Shown: positions 1 to 9,905 of the stretch, in pieces
How positions within the stretch are numbered: the stretch's first letter is position 1
Layout of the letters: each line of letters opens with the position of its first letter
NCBI GenBank assembly: GCA_963762565.1
Contig: CAVXLD010000003.1
Location: 320,001 to 384,000 of the forward strand
Direction: 5' to 3'
DNA: 64,000 nucleotides
DNA from: an uncultured Verrucomicrobiae bacterium
Lineage (GTDB): Bacteria; Verrucomicrobiota; Verrucomicrobiia; Chthoniobacterales; JAFAMB01
Position numbers and translations under genes: made by a program
The notes under the pieces: generated by a model
Database searches by the model: none
Told to the model about the DNA's origin: nothing
The model's input: only the letters and a program-made list of their open reading frames with translations

Positions 1-581
1 CCCTTTTGCTGAGCCAGGGCTACCAGAGCTGGAGCAATTGGTGGCGGCCCAAAGCTTTTGAGCACTTAAGCAAGGGGGTGGCGCCTTGGATTGTAAAACA
101 TCTTGGTCGCTGGGTTGGGATATTACGCGAGCTAGACCAGCAAATTGAGCAAGCCAAGGCAGAGCTAACCAAGCAGTACCAAGGCCCACGGCCAAAGGGG
201 ATGGGAGCTCCCAGCTTGGCGCAATTGAATGCTGAAGTACTGGATTGGAATCTTTACTCAACTGAACGCAAGATCGGCTGCTTAGCCGGGATGGTGCCCA
301 GTGAATGGAGCAGCGGAGAGAGCCAACGCTTGGGTGCAATCACCAAAGTGGGACTACCGGCTCTGCGGCGCATCATCACCGAGATGGTCTGGCGGATGAT
401 CCTCTTCCAGCCCGAGTATAAAGCGGTGCAAAAATGGCGTGAGCTACTGGAGGGCTCTAACCGAGGACTGAAGAAAAAAGCCGTGGTGGCCATCGGCCGG
501 CAACTGATCGTCGATATCTGGCGGCTACAAACCGGTCGTATTACTGCCCAGCAATTGGGTCTCATCATGATCGAGGGCTAA
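1..581 (+). CDS. IS110-family (DEDD/Transposase_20) transposase, 5'-truncated by the window edge
   Basis: C-terminal IS110/IS116 domain motifs: GMGAPSLAQLNAE, AGMVPSEWSSG (catalytic Ser motif), G.ITKVG...LRR, KKKAVVAIGRQLIVDIWR. Confidence 0.9.
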   Translation, partial: LLLSQGYQSWSNWWRPKAFEHLSKGVAPWIVKHLGRWVGILRELDQQIEQAKAELTKQYQGPRPKGMGAPSLAQLNAEVLDWNLYSTERKIGCLAGMVPSEWSSGESQRLGAITKVGLPALRRIITEMVWRMILFQPEYKAVQKWRELLEGSNRGLKKKAVVAIGRQLIVDIWRLQTGRITAQQLGLIMIEG

Positions 582-1018
582 AACCATTTTAGAAGTGACC
601 CGAAGACTCGGGTTTTAACTTGGGGCTCTGCCCCAAACCCCGGTTCGGGGGAAACAGGAGCAAGCTGGCGCCTCTAAAGAGGCCCCATGGTTAAGGGAGA
701 AGCTGACACAGCACTAGACTAAACATTTTAACTCTGGACTTTGGAACGGCGCGCGCTCGTGCTCGCCCCTGGGCTTTAAAAGCCCGTTGGTAGATTGGGC
801 GCGCTCGTTCCTCTTGAGCGATGCGTATAGAGCATCTTGCGCTGTCAAACCCTGACAGGCCGGATAGGAGGCTGCCTTGTCCCAATCGAGCTCGGAGACA
901 TGAGCCACAAGAGGAAACGTACCAACCGTCGCAAACCGGCTCGATCTCTGAACTAAAAATTTTGGCAACTACGTTGCTCTACAAAAGATGACAAACCGCT
1001 AAAAACACGCTGGGTAGC
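582..1018 (+). ncRNA. Putative bridge/seek RNA region of the IS110 element
   Basis: Downstream non-coding region with stem-loops at about 600-612, 620-636, 638-650, 670-683, 771-785 and 842-858, plus short matches to the flanking REP target; RNA boundaries unknown. Confidence 0.5.
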
Positions 1019-1034
1019 TTGACAACACCATAGG

Positions 1035-1245
1035 GGGGCGAGGCTCCCGAATGACCCTACGATCTTCGCGGAAGGTACGAAGGTTTCCCCTAGAAGACGT
1101 GTAACCGGGACGATAAGCGTGCCGAGCCGTGTCCCAGCGCTGGGTCCCGGCTCGGCCGATTATCGTCCTAGCTGTGCCTCTCTTCTGGCGCTGGCATTTA
1201 ATCCTTCGCGAAAATCGCAAGGTCTTTCGGGAGCCTCGCCCCACC
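1035..1245. repeat. REPIN-like inverted pair GGGGCGAGGCTCCCGAA ... TTCGGGAGCCTCGCCCCACC
   Basis: Inverted arms at about 1035-1051 and 1226-1245; related single arms at about 14549 and 57089. Confidence 0.8.
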
Positions 1246-1267
1246 AAAAACGGGGCTGCAACCCGAC

Positions 1268-1540
1268 CTAAGCGGCGCTACGGCCTGTCTGTTCGAGGAT
1301 ATAGTCGTGAATCGTGTTAACCGACGCTAACGCGACTCGAGCGACATCAGAGTTTGGCACTCCAACACCGAAGGCCTTTTCGATGCTGACGACCAGTTGC
1401 AAAGCGTCAATCGAGTCTAAGCCCAGGCCGTCCGGGCCAAAAAGGGGCAAGTCGTTAGCGATTTCTTCTTTTGGAGTTCGGAGCATAAGGTTTGTGATCA
1501 ACATGTCCTTGATTTGCTCCTTAAGTTCTTCTGATGGCAT
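1268..1540 (-). CDS. Acyl carrier protein (phosphopantetheine-binding)
   Basis: GLGLDSIDALQL Ppant-attachment motif, 90 aa, acidic. Confidence 0.9.
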   Translation of the reverse strand: MPSEELKEQIKDMLITNLMLRTPKEEIANDLPLFGPDGLGLDSIDALQLVVSIEKAFGVGVPNSDVARVALASVNTIHDYILEQTGRSAA

Positions 1541-1639
1541 AAATAGAGACGCGCCCGGATGGGACCGAATAGATTTGGCGGATTAAATCTTTATTCAAGC
1601 GTAAAGTTACCAAAGAAACCTCGGAAGAAGGATCAAAAA

Positions 1640-2377
1640 ATGGCGGCCGCCAAGAAAGTTCGCCTGGACAAATTATTGGTTGATCTAGGTCATTTTGAAT
1701 CCCGGGAACGGGCACAGCGATCGATACTGGCCGGTCGGGTTCTGGTGAACGAGCGAGTATCAGACAAGCCGGGGTTATTGGTTTTGCCGGAAGCCCCCAT
1801 CCGGGTGGCCGAGCGCGAGCGTTACGTGAGTCGCGGGGGTCTTAAGTTGGAGGCGGCTCTTGATTTTTTTCAGATCGATCCGTTGGGGTGGCATTGTCTT
1901 GACGTTGGGGCTTCCACAGGTGGTTTCACGGATTGTCTCCTGCAGCGGGGGGCTGCCGACGTGGTGGCGGTAGACGTCGGGCACAATCAGCTGGCTTGGA
2001 AAATTCGTTCTGATCCGAGGGTAACTACCATCGAGGGAGCCAATGCCCGGTTTATTACCGGGGAGCAAGTTGGCGCTGGCTTCGATCTTGCCGTTGCTGA
2101 TCTCTCTTTCATCTCCTTAACCCTGGTGTTAGATAACGTTCTAAAGCTCTTGCAGCGCAACGGCGAGGCCATCGTGCTTATTAAACCCCAGTTTGAATTG
2201 GACCCCCATCGAGTCGGTAAGGGCGGCATCGTCCGCGAGGAGGCTGATCGCCTAGCCGCAGTGTCGAAAATAAAGGAGTTTGTCGTACATCAATTGGCGC
2301 GAGAGTGGCGCGGAGTCATCCCTTCTCCGACTCTGGGTACGAAAGGGAACCAGGAATATTTAGCATGTCTTCGTTGA
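1640..2377 (+). CDS. tlyA: TlyA family rRNA 2'-O-methyltransferase
   Basis: S4 domain (RLDKLLV...SRERAQ), YVSRGGLKL, LDVGASTGGFTD, IKPQFE; start reassigned to ATG 1640. Confidence 0.93.
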   Translation: MAAAKKVRLDKLLVDLGHFESRERAQRSILAGRVLVNERVSDKPGLLVLPEAPIRVAERERYVSRGGLKLEAALDFFQIDPLGWHCLDVGASTGGFTDCLLQRGAADVVAVDVGHNQLAWKIRSDPRVTTIEGANARFITGEQVGAGFDLAVADLSFISLTLVLDNVLKLLQRNGEAIVLIKPQFELDPHRVGKGGIVREEADRLAAVSKIKEFVVHQLAREWRGVIPSPTLGTKGNQEYLACLR

Positions 2378-3234
2378 CGTTAGGGTTATACGCGCATTGG
2401 CGAAAACCAGGAGCTGGAGACTCGCTGCAGGACCTCTATCAGTGTCTGCAAAAGGTCGGCATCAAGACCTTGATTGAGGAAAAATCGGCCGAGTTAATCG
2501 GTCTCAAGGGCCTGACTGTGGATCAGCTCCGTGACCAGGTCGACCTTTTCCTGACTATCGGCGGCGATGGCACCCTGCTTCGCTTGGTGCGCGATCTGCG
2601 CGGCAAAATGAAGCCGGTTATGGGGATTAATTTCGGGTCGCTCGGTTTTTTGACCGGTTTCGGCGGCCCTAGCTTTGCCGAAGCCGCTAAAGCTTTAGCG
2701 TCAGGCGACTACCGCACGGAAGAGCGCACGTTGTTGGAAGCAACTGTGCGTGGTCCGGGTGGGCAGATCGTTTCGCGACTCGGCCTAAACGACGTGGTTG
2801 TGAGCCGGGGCGACCGTTCTCGACTGGTGCAGATCGAAGTGACGATCGATCAAGTCTGTCTCACGGAGTACAATGCTGATGGCCTGATCGTAGCAACCTC
2901 CACCGGGTCAACCGCTTACTCACTTTCTGCCGGCGGCCCCATTGTGATACCGAACTCGGGTGTTTTCGTGGTGACGCCGATCTGCCCGCACGTACTAACA
3001 AACCGTTCCGTAGTGGTATCGAACCGTTCTACGATTCGATTGAAAGCCAGCCATCGAAGCGCTCAGCAACCGATTTCGCTGAGTATCGATGGTCAGGAGC
3101 CGATTCATTTTCATATCGGAGACGACGTAACCGTCAAAGCTGCCGACGTCACTTTACCCCTGGTGTTTCCGAGCAATTTCACCTTTGCCGGCGTGTTGCG
3201 CGCGAAACTGGGTTGGAGTGGAAGCGCCATATGA
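2365..3234 (+). CDS. nadK: NAD(+) kinase
   Basis: GGDGT, GSLGFL, LND, DGLIVATSTGSTAYSLSAGGP motifs; overlaps tlyA stop. Confidence 0.95.
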   Translation: MSSLTLGLYAHWRKPGAGDSLQDLYQCLQKVGIKTLIEEKSAELIGLKGLTVDQLRDQVDLFLTIGGDGTLLRLVRDLRGKMKPVMGINFGSLGFLTGFGGPSFAEAAKALASGDYRTEERTLLEATVRGPGGQIVSRLGLNDVVVSRGDRSRLVQIEVTIDQVCLTEYNADGLIVATSTGSTAYSLSAGGPIVIPNSGVFVVTPICPHVLTNRSVVVSNRSTIRLKASHRSAQQPISLSIDGQEPIHFHIGDDVTVKAADVTLPLVFPSNFTFAGVLRAKLGWSGSAI

Positions 3235-3689
3235 ATCGGATCAGAGAGACATTGCTGCCCAAGCAAATCCTATTGGACGTCAATGCAACGACCCGAGAAG
3301 AGGCGATAAAGGAGGTTACCGATTCGTTGCGAGGCGATAATCGTATCGTCGACTGGCCGGGGTTTGTCGAAACCCTGGCGGAGTGCGCGCGCAGCCAAAA
3401 GGTCAATATCGGCCTTGGTTTGACCATCCCGCATAATCGCACCGATACTGTGACATCGATGGTGATGGCGTTCGGGCGTTTAGCTCAGCCCATCCGCCGC
3501 GGGCAAGCCAGCATTCGATTTGTCCTCGTGATCGGCATTCCGGAGACCATGGATGCGGATTACTTAAGGCTGGTCGGTGTTCTGATGAGGGCATTCCGGG
3601 AAAAAGAACTCCGCAAGACACTGGAGACCGCGGAGACGCCGGAGGAGGTGCTTTCGGCGTTTGAGAAAGGCGAAACGCGGCTGACCTGA
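3231..3689 (+). CDS. PTS EIIA (fructose/Ntr-type) domain protein
   Basis: IGLGLTIPH phospho-His motif, 152 aa; ATGA overlap with nadK. Confidence 0.85.
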   Translation: MNRIRETLLPKQILLDVNATTREEAIKEVTDSLRGDNRIVDWPGFVETLAECARSQKVNIGLGLTIPHNRTDTVTSMVMAFGRLAQPIRRGQASIRFVLVIGIPETMDADYLRLVGVLMRAFREKELRKTLETAETPEEVLSAFEKGETRLT

Positions 3690-3692
3690 GTT

Positions 3693-3856
3693 TAGGAGCT
3701 AGGAGCTAGAATCTAGGAGCTAGTAGGGGCGTCATGGCCTATCAACGACCGGCGCTAGCAACCGAATGTGCCTGTGGAGCGAGTCTCACGCCGGCTCCGC
3801 TGTGCACGATCGATCGCCCCTCCTAGCTCCTAGATTCTAGCTCCTAGCTCCTGAAC
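3693..3856. repeat. Inverted heptamer-array element (TAGGAGC)n ... (GCTCCTA)n
   Basis: About 4 tandem heptamers at 3693-3725 and their reverse complement at about 3820-3856. Confidence 0.85.
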
Positions 3857-3895
3857 TGATTACTGTTTTGCTGATTGCTGACTACTCTCTCTGAC

Positions 3896-4822
3896 ATGGC
3901 CCACGATCATCACCATTCCGAAGAAGGTGCCGACGCGCACAACCATGCTCCGGCTGATTTTGGTTGGCGCTTTATGGTCGGGGTCGTCTTGAACCTGGCG
4001 TTCGTCGTAATCGAAGCTGGGTTTGGGTTCGCGGTTAACTCTCTGGCCTTAGTGGCGGATGCGGGCCATAACCTGAGCGACGTGCTAGGACTGTCTCTAG
4101 CTTGGGGAGCATTCGCTTTGTCCAGGCGCGCACCGAGCGTTCGCCGAACCTACGGGATGCGACGGTCGTCGATCTTGGCGGCCCTTTTTAACGCACTGTT
4201 TCTCCTGTTCGCGATCGGCGCGATCGCTTGGGAGGCCATCCAACGATTTGGGCATCCAGAGCCGGTCTCTGGCTGGACCGTAGTGATTGTGGCGTTAAGT
4301 GGGATCGCGGTAAACGGTGTCACAGCGATGCTGTTCGCCGGCGGCCAGAAAGAGGATCTCAATGTGCGTGCCGCCTTTCTCCATATGGCGGCAGATACGG
4401 TTGTCTCTGCCGGAGTGGTTCTGGGTGGCCTCCTGATTTTAGCGACTCAGTGGTCTTGGATCGATCCAGTCTTGAGCCTAGCGATAACCGCCATCATTTT
4501 CTGGGGCACATGGGGGTTACTCCGAGAGTCAGTTGATCTCTCTTTAGATGCGGTCCCGGCTTCGATCGATCCAAAGAAAGTTAAGGCGTTCCTTGAGTCG
4601 TGGCCGGAAGTTGCCGAGGTACACGATCTGCATATTTGGCCGTTGAGTACGACCGAACCCGCGCTGACCGCTCATCTGGTAATGCCGAATCACGACTGTT
4701 CCGACGAAGAAATTCAAAGGATTTCTCAGGCGCTCGCCACAGAGTTCGGCATCCCGCATTCAACGCTGCAAATCGAGCGGGGCAGTGTGCCCTGTCCGTT
4801 CGCTTCGGAGAAAGCCTTGTAG
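3896..4822 (+). CDS. Cation diffusion facilitator (CzcD/ZitB-like Zn/Co/Cd exporter)
   Basis: His-rich N-terminus, ADAGHNLSD and HMAAD motifs, HDLHIW, 6 TM segments. Confidence 0.92.
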   Translation: MAHDHHHSEEGADAHNHAPADFGWRFMVGVVLNLAFVVIEAGFGFAVNSLALVADAGHNLSDVLGLSLAWGAFALSRRAPSVRRTYGMRRSSILAALFNALFLLFAIGAIAWEAIQRFGHPEPVSGWTVVIVALSGIAVNGVTAMLFAGGQKEDLNVRAAFLHMAADTVVSAGVVLGGLLILATQWSWIDPVLSLAITAIIFWGTWGLLRESVDLSLDAVPASIDPKKVKAFLESWPEVAEVHDLHIWPLSTTEPALTAHLVMPNHDCSDEEIQRISQALATEFGIPHSTLQIERGSVPCPFASEKAL

Positions 4823-4842
4823 TGGGGTAATCAGTTTAGGAG

Positions 4843-5121
4843 CTAGTGTCCTGTCCCATAAATAACGTGGCTTTCGTTGCGATCAAAATGGGCCGCCGGC
4901 AAGGCGGGAGGAGGGCGCATATCTAGATCGATACGTAACCGACGAGCAACGCAGCCGCCGGCCCATTCTCATCGCAACCCTCCGGGCCGTGGCCAGTTGG
5001 CTGTTTTTCCGCGTTGCTCGCTCGACCCGTATGAATCAGATATGGGCGCTTCGCTCGCGCCTTGAAAAACAGCCACCTGACCGACGGCGAAAGCCACGTT
5101 ATTTATGGGACAGGACACTAG
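4843..5121. mobile_element. MITE-like element, ~30-bp TIR TGTCCTGTCCCATAAATAACGTGGCTTTCG, CTAG at both ends
   Basis: Perfect terminal inverted repeats; a homologous copy lies in inverted orientation at 29383-29678. Confidence 0.85.
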
Positions 5122-5192
5122 GAGAGGCGAACGGAGATCTATCGCAATCGTCCTCGTCCTTGAAAAGCATGGTGGGCTGATGCGACGTGCGA

Positions 5193-5489
5193 TCGCCTAG
5201 CGCCTGGAGGGGAGCCGCTTTGGCGTGTCCTAGGTGACCTCGCGATATTTGTTTCGGCGCTCCCTTCGGCCAAAGAATATCGTAACGGGCGGCTCCCGCG
5301 AATAGATCAGTGGTTTGCAGCTTTCTGGTCCGGGCTTAAACGAATCGAAAGTCACGGGTAGAAGCTTCACGCTGGGTTATTCCCGGGAGCCGCCTGTTTT
5401 TACACGCCCTGGCCGACCTAGCATTGCGACGAAATGTGCTAGGGCGGCGAGATACACGCCAAAGCGGCTCCCCTCCAGGCGCTGGGCGA
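5193..5489. repeat. Four-armed REPIN-like element (CTGGAGGGGAGCCGCTTT family), copy A
   Basis: Outer arms GGAGGGGAGCCGCTTT/AAAGCGGCTCCCCTCC, inner arms GGCGGCTCCCG/CGGGAGCCGCC. Confidence 0.85.
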
Positions 5490-5686
5490 GCATACGTCGC
5501 ATCGGCACACGCGCCACTTTCGAGGACGACTACGATAGAGCTGCGCGTGCGCTCTCCCAGCTCCTAGATTCTAGCTCCTACCTCCTAAACCGATTGCTGA
5601 CACACTGATTACTTCCCGTGCCATTTCGCGGATATGGCCTACCAAGCCGCGCTTGCCATTCGTCGCCGGTGCGTAGACCTTTGGCC

Positions 5687-6181
5687 ATGAATCGTTTGCT
5701 AGCGATTAGCTTTCTGTTCCTATCTACGGCCGGTGCGCCGGCTGTTTTTGCTGCCGGCAGCAGGTCGTTGCCTCAACCGCAACAACAAGTACCGCAAGTG
5801 CCCCAGAAGACCGCGGATGCGGTGACGCCCTACAACGAAGGCGTGGCGTTGATGAACGCCAAAAAATTCGCCGCCGCGCAGGTAAAATTCGAGGCAGCAT
5901 TGAAAGCGAATCCGAACCTGGCTGAAGCGCACAACAATCTCGCCTATTGCCTGCGGAAGCAGAGTCCGGAGAATTTTGCCAGTTCCTTGCAGCACTACAA
6001 CACCGCACTGCGGTTAAATCCAAAGCTAGCCCGAGCCTATGAATATCGCGGTGTGCTCTTTGTAGAAATGGGTAGAAAAGAGGACGCACAAAAGGATCTG
6101 GCCACGTTGAAACAACTGGATCCAAAATTGGCGGTCGCTCTCGAAACCGCGATTAAGGCTGGGAAGGATACGGATTATTAG
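5687..6181 (+). CDS. Exported tetratricopeptide-repeat protein
   Basis: Signal peptide-like N-terminus; TPR motifs (EAHNNLAY, ARAYEYRG). Confidence 0.8.
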   Translation: MNRLLAISFLFLSTAGAPAVFAAGSRSLPQPQQQVPQVPQKTADAVTPYNEGVALMNAKKFAAAQVKFEAALKANPNLAEAHNNLAYCLRKQSPENFASSLQHYNTALRLNPKLARAYEYRGVLFVEMGRKEDAQKDLATLKQLDPKLAVALETAIKAGKDTDY

Positions 6182-6341
6182 TGAGAAGTGATTGGTGATT
6201 AGTGAGAGCTGCGGCCGTGTCGAGTAAGTCCTATTGATTCTGTAAGCCCTGTTCGCTAGGATCCTTTTCGGGTCTCCCCTGCGCTCGCCGAAGCTTTACC
6301 GCTCCTGCCCACCTATCACCACTCACTAATCACTAATCACT
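6179..6341. repeat. Inverted heptamer arrays (AGTGATT)n ... (AATCACT)n between convergent genes
   Basis: Arms at about 6179-6206 and 6310-6341 touching both stop codons. Confidence 0.75.
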
Positions 6342-8328
6342 TTTCATCCTCTTCTAGCCCAACAGTCCATCCCGGGAAGCCGGCGGCATCGAAATACAGC
6401 GTGTCACCGGTTTTCTGCAAATAGACCACAGTCTGCTTGCCGTTCTTGGCTGCTGCGGAGGATTTCTTGGTTTTCGTCCATTCAACATTGGGCGGGCCGT
6501 CTACCAACGCTTCTGTCAAGACTCGGCCAGGAAGGTTCCCTTTGTACGGGATTTCGAGTTTTAGAATCGATGCTAGCGTCAACGCGACATCGGTATTTCC
6601 GACGGGCGCTTTATCCTCGAATTGTTTCTTAAAATCGGGACCGCACGCTGCCATATTATTAAATGTATCCGCTCGGTTGAAGCTGCCGTGCATCCCTTGA
6701 CCCTCCTGGAGAGTCGTGTCGCAAACCGTGACGGCGGTCATCATCGGTTTCGTGGGATCGGCAGCGAAACTACGGAAATTGATAACAAGATCCGGTGTAG
6801 GTACTGCAGTAGCGCCCTCCAAGTTGATGTCTTTGAGCAACAACGCACCCGGTACATCTTGGTAGCGCGAATTGACGAATAGACCGCTCACATAATCTTC
6901 AGTGGTCAAGAAGTCGACAATTTGCTTCAGGGTTCCCGCATCGTGATCCGGAAGATAAACGAGATCCGAACCTCCATTGGCCGCCACAATCACCTTTGCC
7001 TCAGCAGGATCGTCAACCGTCCCGGCGCCACCAATGAGTCCGTCACCAGCGACAGGCCGTTCCTCCTCGCCCTCAGGCGGTGTTTCGGATCCGGACCCGC
7101 CGACGACCTTGTAATATGAGAGCTGTCCATGACGATAGAGCGTCTTGTCCGGATCGTACAACGGAAGGTCAAGCGCATGAGCGATGTCGATCGCAACGAA
7201 ACCTGGCGGAAGATATCCTTTCGGAACGCCCTGGTAAGTCCTTTGGCTGGCAAAACTATTGGTAACGGTCGTGCCGGTGGGATCGAGATCGTGCTTAGTG
7301 ATGGTAGAAAACCCGTGATCCGACGTGACAAAGATATCAGTGTCGCGATCCAGGTTCGACATCTTCAAATAGTCAAGGATTTGCCGAAGATTGTTGTCCG
7401 CGTTCTTCACCGCTTTCTTCGAAGTGGGACCATTAATTCCGGGCTGAAGTTGATTCAGGCTGTCGCCTTGAAAATGCTGAGTGCCGTCCGGGTCTCTGGA
7501 CCAGTAAACCACCACGAATGGCTTCCCCTCTAGAGCGAACGTGGGCAAAACAGCGTCCGTCAGGCAATCAACGAAGTATTGCTGTTGCACGAAGTTGGGC
7601 GCAGAGGTTCCCGGTGTCGTACTATTACCTGGGTTCCCGTTATTCTGGTGGCTCTTTGGTTGATTGTTAGATCGGTCTGGAGCAACGCCGCCGAGACCCG
7701 CTTTCGTCAACGCACTCAGTAGTTTCGGGTCGAGCGGAATGCCTCCTGGCTTACCGGTGCTGTCGTCGATAATTACAGTATCAGGGATGGGCACGCCTCC
7801 ATCTTTGGAGGCCCCGGCAGATGCGTCTTGGATTAGCGTCGGTCCGATCTTCCCGATGGCTGCCGTTAGGAAACCGTGCTGGCGCGCGTGGTGCAACAGC
7901 GTTTCCTCGTCCAAATAATTGCCGCCGAAATGATCGTCGATGCAGCCCAACACGGCGTCGTTCTCGATAAACGGGGTCACGGTATAGGGAGTTGTTACCC
8001 CGTTGACCAAGGGAATGGGGAAACCTGGATAGAGGGTATTACTGAAATCGCCGGTATCCCCGAGATAGTGACCGGTCGCGATGGCGGACGCGTTCGGTGT
8101 CGTGAACGTGGGGAATACAGCGTGGCTGTTGGAGAAATTGGTTCCTTCCTGGCGAAGCTGGTACAAGGTAGGCGCATCCTCTGGATTAACTGAGTCGTGC
8201 CGCAGGCCGTCCGCGACAAAAATGATGACGTTCCGGGAGAATGCCGAGTCCGGGAGCCAAAAGGACAGGGCTGCCACTACCAGGATCGAAGTCGACCGAA
8301 AGCGAAGAAGATTACAAAGACGGTTCAT
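6337..8328 (-). CDS. Alkaline phosphatase superfamily / nucleotide pyrophosphatase-phosphodiesterase, secreted
   Basis: IFVADGLR, FPTFTTPN (Thr nucleophile), DPDGTQH, TSDHGF, GMHGS; signal peptide. Confidence 0.85.
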   Translation of the reverse strand: MNRLCNLLRFRSTSILVVAALSFWLPDSAFSRNVIIFVADGLRHDSVNPEDAPTLYQLRQEGTNFSNSHAVFPTFTTPNASAIATGHYLGDTGDFSNTLYPGFPIPLVNGVTTPYTVTPFIENDAVLGCIDDHFGGNYLDEETLLHHARQHGFLTAAIGKIGPTLIQDASAGASKDGGVPIPDTVIIDDSTGKPGGIPLDPKLLSALTKAGLGGVAPDRSNNQPKSHQNNGNPGNSTTPGTSAPNFVQQQYFVDCLTDAVLPTFALEGKPFVVVYWSRDPDGTQHFQGDSLNQLQPGINGPTSKKAVKNADNNLRQILDYLKMSNLDRDTDIFVTSDHGFSTITKHDLDPTGTTVTNSFASQRTYQGVPKGYLPPGFVAIDIAHALDLPLYDPDKTLYRHGQLSYYKVVGGSGSETPPEGEEERPVAGDGLIGGAGTVDDPAEAKVIVAANGGSDLVYLPDHDAGTLKQIVDFLTTEDYVSGLFVNSRYQDVPGALLLKDINLEGATAVPTPDLVINFRSFAADPTKPMMTAVTVCDTTLQEGQGMHGSFNRADTFNNMAACGPDFKKQFEDKAPVGNTDVALTLASILKLEIPYKGNLPGRVLTEALVDGPPNVEWTKTKKSSAAAKNGKQTVVYLQKTGDTLYFDAAGFPGWTVGLEEDEK

Positions 8329-8390
8329 AAGCCATGCCTGCACGAGGCACTACTTTATCCGGATCTGGGAACCCAACCTTTTCGAAGTCG

Positions 8391-9407
<1,017 letters not shown>

Positions 9408-9522
9408 ATACGGGAGATAGGTAAAGGTGAAAGTTGAAAAGTGAAAGGTGAAAAGGCTCGAAGCTCGTTCTCGTCGTCCTCGTCACCGATAGGGCGGTGA
9501 ATCTCCCTAAAATGTGTGATCG

Positions 9523-9815
9523 CCCAACGTCTGGAGGGGAGCCGCTTTGGTGCGTATCTCGCCACCCTCGCGATGTTCGCCTCAAAATTAGGCCGATCTG
9601 AACGTGTGAAAACAAGCGGCTCCCGGGAACTACCCAGCGATTTGCAGCTCTGGACGGCTGGGTCTAAACGCATCGGACGCGATCAGTTGAACACCTCACG
9701 CTGGGTAATCCGCGGGAGCCGCCTGTTACCACATTCTTTGTCCAAATCGGGCGGCAGAAGAAATAGCGCGAGGTCGTGAATGACGCGCCAAAGCGGCTCC
9801 CCTCCAGGCGTTGGG
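9523..9815. repeat. Four-armed REPIN-like element, copy B, flanked by hexamer (CTCGTC/GAGGAC) and heptamer (GAAAGGT) runs
   Basis: Same arms as copy A. Confidence 0.85.
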
Positions 9816-9905
9816 AACAAACACACCTTTATCGGCGTGCTTGCCTTTTCGAGGACGAGGACACCCGGCCGTACCGGGTGCCTATCATGATATACAGGCA
9901 GCCCA

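Larger units (their letters stand above)
1..1034 (+). mobile_element. IS110/IS1111-type insertion sequence, right part; probable right end at ...CTTGACAACACCATAGG
   Basis: Transposase followed by ~450 nt of non-coding, hairpin-rich DNA, then a TTGACA -35 hexamer (1019-1024) just before a junction with a REP palindrome; exact end uncertain by a few nt. Confidence 0.65.

Noticed and set aside
4877..5608. Short ORFs in MITE/REPIN regions (also 9404-9779, 29375-29784, 44462-44908, 48164-48666)
   Set aside because: They are translations of repeat DNA; the same peptides recur wherever the repeat occurs
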